Part shown: positions 59,641 through 64,000 of the stretch, piece after piece
Numbering within the stretch: the first letter of the stretch is position 1
Layout: every line of letters starts with the position of its first letter
NCBI GenBank assembly: GCA_963817955.1
Contig: CAWFQK010000002.1
Location: 32,001 to 96,000 of the forward strand
Origin: an uncultured Gemmatimonadaceae bacterium
Lineage (GTDB): Bacteria > Gemmatimonadota > Gemmatimonadetes > Gemmatimonadales > Gemmatimonadaceae
Length of the DNA: 64,000 nt
Reading direction: 5' to 3'
Notes under the pieces: model-generated
Database searches by the model: none
Told to the model about the DNA's origin: nothing
The model's input: only the letters and a program-made list of their open reading frames with translations
Translations under genes and position numbers: made by a program

Positions 59641-62049
59641 TTAGAACGACGCCTTGAGCCGCAGTTGAATGCTCCGCGGCCGACCGACCGACGCGCCACT
59701 GAAGAACGCGCCCTTCAACAAGTACTTCTTATTAAGCACGTTGTCGACGTACACTTCCGGCTGGAATACCGAGCCGCGGAGGATGAACGTATAGCCCGCC
59801 GACGCGTTGAAGATCATGCTCGGCGGCACATGCGTGCCTGCGTTGAAGTCGAACAGACCGGTTCCGTACTCGCAGCCACACTCCGCTGGGTCCTTGCCGT
59901 TCGTGAGGCCGGAGCCGTACGTCGTCGTGCCGCTGACGTAAAACCGGTTCGGCGAATACGTCAGGTTGCCAACGATGGAGAGCCGCTGGTCGTGATCGAG
60001 ATCAAAGAACGGCGACGACGGTGGTGCGTCAGGGAAGAACCCGCCGGTGACGTTGCCGAACCCGTAGGCATGGTTGAGCGCCGCATTGATGTACCCGCTC
60101 ACCGGACCGTTCGGCCGGTACTCGATCACGCTCTCCAGCCCGGTGATTTGAATGTGCGTGATGTTCACGTCGGTCACGATGTTCGACCCCGGCACGGTGT
60201 TATCGTCGATCCCCGGATCGCTCCGCTTGTGGTAGACTGAGAGCTTCGTGACAAACCCACTCGATGGAAAGCGCTGAATGAGGCCGGCCTCGAAGAAATG
60301 ATCGCGCTCGGGCACAGTACCTTGATTCACTTCCCCGCCCTGCGCCGCGCTCGTGATGGCACGTAGGTCTTCGATGTTCGTCGGCATGAACAGCCGACCA
60401 TAGTAGCCGTAGACCGTCGTCGACGTCGAAGGGTAGAGATTCAGCCGGAATCGCGGACTGACCTGCGACTGCGCCGATTCGTTCGGAGCCTGATGGGTAT
60501 CGTATCGCACGCCAGTGCGGATCTCGGCCCATTTCGCGGGCGACCACGCCGTCTGAGCGTACGCGCCGACGTCGTGGCCGCTCAGGCCCGAGTTCGATTG
60601 TGGCCCCACCACGCCCATGCTGTTGAACGTCGAGAAATCCTCATGCCCCGATGTCTGAGATGCCAGGGTGCCGAACTTGAATTCGAGCTCGTTTGCCGGG
60701 CGGATCGAGTAGTCCAGCTTCACGCCATAGATGTTGGCGTTCCGGTTCTCCGCGATGCTGAAGGTATCCTTCACGTCCGGGTAGAACACGAACTGCGGCT
60801 GATCCTTTGGATCAGGGTTGTAGTGAAGGCTCGCGTTCCGATAGAAGAAGCCCGCGAACAGCTCCGACGCGGCGCGGCCTTCCGCGTTCGTCGTGCTTTG
60901 ATGGTGCCACCCGAGGTTGATGAAGCTGTTCTGATCCTTCTGATGATCGTTCTGGAATGTGCCGCCAGACGAGTCGAACGGCACGGCAAAGTTCGTCTGT
61001 GACGTGTTCATGTCGAGCGCGAATACGTCGTTCACGCTCGGCGCATACTGCACTTTCCCGAATCCGTAATAGTCCGTGCCATTGTTATGGAAATTGACGA
61101 TGCGATCGCCCGTGGTGTCGAATACCACCGGATCGAGCCGCATGTCGCTGGACTGGCGCGCGCCCGACACGAAGAAGCCCCACGGCCCTGAATTCGTGCT
61201 CGCGGTCAGTGACTGCCCGTTGAAGCCCGTGGGACCGACGGTCGTGCCGCTCTGAAACGTTCCGGCGAAAGTGCTCGCGCTCCCGTGGAAGCCGCCCGAC
61301 GGAATCTTTGTCGTGACGTTCACGACCGCCGCAATGCGGCCGCCATATTCGGCGTCCCACCCGCCAGTCTGGAAATTGATCTGCTTGACGACTTCCGGAT
61401 CGAATAGCTCGTTGAGCGATCCCGAGATGCCTGGGGGCACCGGGACGCCGTCGATGTAGTACGTATACTCGGCGTGCTGCCCGCGAATGTGCACTTCTCC
61501 GGTAGGCGCGCGCGCAGCGCCGGCGATGGACTCCTGAAGGATCTGCGAGGTCGTGTTCGTCGGCGCGCCGTGATAGTCGTTCTGCTTGAAGACTTGATCA
61601 CCGGTGCGTGTGTCCACCGCGATCGCCGCTGTCGCCGTGACGTGCATTGCTTCCAGATTCAGCCCGATCGGTGACATCGCGAAATTCATCGATTGCGTCG
61701 TCGTGCTGGCCCCGATCGTTACTGGCCGACTCATTGGCCGGAAACCGAGCATATGCACGCTCAGCGTGTAGCTCCCCGGTGCGACGTTATGGATCGTAAA
61801 CTGGCCGAAGGTGTTCGTCACGGTGTTGCTCACGACGTTTCCCCGCGTGCTCGTGAGGCTCACCTCCGCCGACTGGAGTGGTTGTCCGGTCGTGCTGTCG
61901 GTGACGGTTCCGGTTACGTTGGCGTTCGCGTATATCGCAACCGCTCGAACCGATGCGGTCAACGGTGCACGCGCCGCCTGCGCGACAGGAAACGGGCCGA
62001 GAATCGCCAGCACGGCGACAACTCGGCGCATCGACAATCGATGAGTCAT
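59641..62049 (-). CDS. TonB-dependent receptor with carboxypeptidase-regulatory-like N-domain
   Basis: Signal, GTVTD..GQPL, HIRG, YYIDG, GG.DAEYG, C-terminal F; AAGGA RBS. Confidence 0.9.
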   Translation of the reverse strand: MTHRLSMRRVVAVLAILGPFPVAQAARAPLTASVRAVAIYANANVTGTVTDSTTGQPLQSAEVSLTSTRGNVVSNTVTNTFGQFTIHNVAPGSYTLSVHMLGFRPMSRPVTIGASTTTQSMNFAMSPIGLNLEAMHVTATAAIAVDTRTGDQVFKQNDYHGAPTNTTSQILQESIAGAARAPTGEVHIRGQHAEYTYYIDGVPVPPGISGSLNELFDPEVVKQINFQTGGWDAEYGGRIAAVVNVTTKIPSGGFHGSASTFAGTFQSGTTVGPTGFNGQSLTASTNSGPWGFFVSGARQSSDMRLDPVVFDTTGDRIVNFHNNGTDYYGFGKVQYAPSVNDVFALDMNTSQTNFAVPFDSSGGTFQNDHQKDQNSFINLGWHHQSTTNAEGRAASELFAGFFYRNASLHYNPDPKDQPQFVFYPDVKDTFSIAENRNANIYGVKLDYSIRPANELEFKFGTLASQTSGHEDFSTFNSMGVVGPQSNSGLSGHDVGAYAQTAWSPAKWAEIRTGVRYDTHQAPNESAQSQVSPRFRLNLYPSTSTTVYGYYGRLFMPTNIEDLRAITSAAQGGEVNQGTVPERDHFFEAGLIQRFPSSGFVTKLSVYHKRSDPGIDDNTVPGSNIVTDVNITHIQITGLESVIEYRPNGPVSGYINAALNHAYGFGNVTGGFFPDAPPSSPFFDLDHDQRLSIVGNLTYSPNRFYVSGTTTYGSGLTNGKDPAECGCEYGTGLFDFNAGTHVPPSMIFNASAGYTFILRGSVFQPEVYVDNVLNKKYLLKGAFFSGASVGRPRSIQLRLKASF

Positions 62050-62225
62050 TGGTGTCCTTGAGGTCGGTCGGATTTGACGAACCGACTCCTTGGTCGGCCG
62101 ATGACCTATGCTACGCAGGCCCGTGACGCGAGCGCGGATGATTTCAACGTGCAGTCACTCAGGGCGCGCGGTTGGTCGTATGTCGCCAACGAATGGTTGA
62201 TGGGCTCAACAGGTCGCTGCCGCGC

Positions 62226-64000
62226 TCACCACGCCTTGTACCGCAGCTCGGCGTAGATCGTTCGCCCCTGTCCAGGCGACGCCTGGCCGCCTGATTCCAG
62301 CTCGCGATAGGTGGTATTGAACAGGTTTCGCGCGCTAATCATGACGTCGGTCTTCGGCCGCAGAGTGAGGCCGGCTGTGATATTCACCAGGAGGTAGGCC
62401 GAACGGGTGATTCCCGGCTCTTCAAACGGAGTGTACGGGCCCTGAAAGTTGCCGCCAAGCTGACCGAACCAACGCGCGTGCGGAACGTTGATGTCGATCA
62501 GCGCGGTGCCGACATACTTCGACGTATTGAAGATCGGGACGCCCGTGTAGTCATTTCCGTCGTTGGGGTCCACGAAGTTCGTGTAGAACCCATGAAGGAT
62601 CGTGAAGTCGGTTGTCGCCTTGACACCGCGTGCAATTTCGGCATGCGCCGAAACGTCGAGTCCGTCGCGCCGGCTCTGTCCGCCGCCCACGACCGTGTTG
62701 AGCGCGGGATCAAAGCTCTGCTCGTTCGATACGTCCATGCGAAAGAGCGATGCATCCATCGAGAGACGGCCCTCGTCGAGCTTCACACCTGTCTCATAAT
62801 CCCATACGGTGATGAACGGCAGCGTGGGATCGGTGATGACGCCATCGGTTTGCCGAAACCCACGGGAGACGTTCGCGAACAGCCCGACCCCGGCCTGACC
62901 GATGGCGCCGAAGGGCCGAACCATGACACCGATCTTCGGCGAGAAGATGCCCTTGCTGTGCTGGCTGTCGTAGAGCCGGTTGACTACCAGATTGCCGCTG
63001 GTGTCGGTGACCGGTTGTCGCACGGCGGTCGAGAGTTGGTCCACTCGGCCCCCGAGATCGATGCGCACGAAGCGGCTGACGTCGAAGCCGGATTGAAGGT
63101 AGATGCCGCCCGAGAGTTGGCGCGCGGGCAGCGCGAGCGCCAGCGGCACCGAATCCACATGGAAGCCGGTGGAGGCTTCGGCGTAGTTCTGATACGTCGC
63201 TCGGCTGAAGCGCGTGTCGGCACCGATGGTGATGTCCACCCCGGATGCCGCGTACGTCATCGCTGTCGTTGCGCCTACCCCGGAGCGGCTGTCGTACTCC
63301 CGGGTTTCAGCCCCCGTGCCTTCGGTGAGCCCGCCGAGCCCGGGCGGAGTGCTCAGCCAGAATTGCCAGAATCCCTGCTGCGCGTACACAGTCGTGCGCC
63401 ACTCCAACGACGAGCCGATGAACGAGCGAATGCTCACGCGTTCCTGGGCATGACGCTTGAAGCCCTCGTCATTGAAATTCGAGACGAAGTTGTAGTGGCC
63501 CGCGTTGTAGAGCGTGGTGTCGAGAAACCCCGGGGAGCGATACGACGTGAGATACCCGTCAGCGGCAGCGTCGATCGTCGTGTTTTGGCTGAGGTCGTGC
63601 ACGGTCGCCGCATGCAGATGGCCGTACTGGTTCTCCGAGTTCGGTCGCCATCCATCTTCGCGAAATCCCTGGATGGCGAGGACTCCGCCCGAGGTGCCGT
63701 GATCGAAACCCGTAATGGCATACCCGTGGCCGTTCCCGAACGACCCGCCGCCACCGGAGAGCTCCCCACCGTCGTACCGATCCAGCGTGCGCACGTTCAT
63801 CACTCCCCCGAACGCGAAGTTGCCGTACAGTGCGCTCGTGGGCCCTTTGAGCACGTCGATGCCGGTGATGATCTGCGGAAAGAGCAGGTTCAGATCGTTG
63901 TATCCTTCCGAGTGCCCGTTCACCGACTCGTTGTTCGGAACACCGTCGATGTAGAGCGCGAGATCAGTCGAATGATCCGAGCTGAACCCTCTGATTGACA
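62226..64000 (-). CDS. TonB-dependent receptor, partial (start beyond the right edge)
   Basis: RGFSSDHSTD, DGVPNN..NGHSEGY, KGP.SALYG, NLFN, C-terminal W. Confidence 0.9.
   Translation of the reverse strand, partial: SIRGFSSDHSTDLALYIDGVPNNESVNGHSEGYNDLNLLFPQIITGIDVLKGPTSALYGNFAFGGVMNVRTLDRYDGGELSGGGGSFGNGHGYAITGFDHGTSGGVLAIQGFREDGWRPNSENQYGHLHAATVHDLSQNTTIDAAADGYLTSYRSPGFLDTTLYNAGHYNFVSNFNDEGFKRHAQERVSIRSFIGSSLEWRTTVYAQQGFWQFWLSTPPGLGGLTEGTGAETREYDSRSGVGATTAMTYAASGVDITIGADTRFSRATYQNYAEASTGFHVDSVPLALALPARQLSGGIYLQSGFDVSRFVRIDLGGRVDQLSTAVRQPVTDTSGNLVVNRLYDSQHSKGIFSPKIGVMVRPFGAIGQAGVGLFANVSRGFRQTDGVITDPTLPFITVWDYETGVKLDEGRLSMDASLFRMDVSNEQSFDPALNTVVGGGQSRRDGLDVSAHAEIARGVKATTDFTILHGFYTNFVDPNDGNDYTGVPIFNTSKYVGTALIDINVPHARWFGQLGGNFQGPYTPFEEPGITRSAYLLVNITAGLTLRPKTDVMISARNLFNTTYRELESGGQASPGQGRTIYAELRYKAW

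Overview
High-GC bacterial DNA; gene content (PadR + orphan MacB/FtsX permease, ACIII, DUF2723, BlaI/M56, TonB receptors with carboxypeptidase-like N-domain) suggests a Gemmatimonadota/Acidobacteriota-like organism (inference). Left to right: orphan ABC permease + PadR; cyanophycin operon cphB-cphA plus a CphA paralogue lacking the ATP-grasp domain; beta-propeller histidine kinase/Rcp1-like regulator/REC-GGDEF; a lipoprotein-bEBP-kinase-lipoprotein-S9 peptidase cluster with a sigma54 site; esterase; binding protein + hybrid kinase; two alpha/beta hydrolases; then a ~25 kb co-oriented block (PRTase, DLH, DUF3175, DUF2934, enolase-family enzyme, ThDP pyruvate oxidase, FAD/FeS oxidase, SDR with an in-frame TAG, GH15 glucoamylase, actABCDEF, caa3-like oxidase genes); YihY; a repeat patch; a Phd/YefM-VapC TA pair; DUF2723-M56-BlaI; HEAT protein; two TonB receptors. 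Most notable: six sigma54 -24/-12-like sites (two near-identical with -12 GT, three implying near-leaderless mRNAs), an ACIII-linked oxidase subunit I lacking both the E286 and K362 equivalents, a His/Asp tract before the ActB Tat signal, a CtaG-cytochrome c fusion and a G-domain-less CphA paralogue. No rRNA, tRNA, CRISPR or transposase was recognised. All family calls are by eye from motifs, not database searches.
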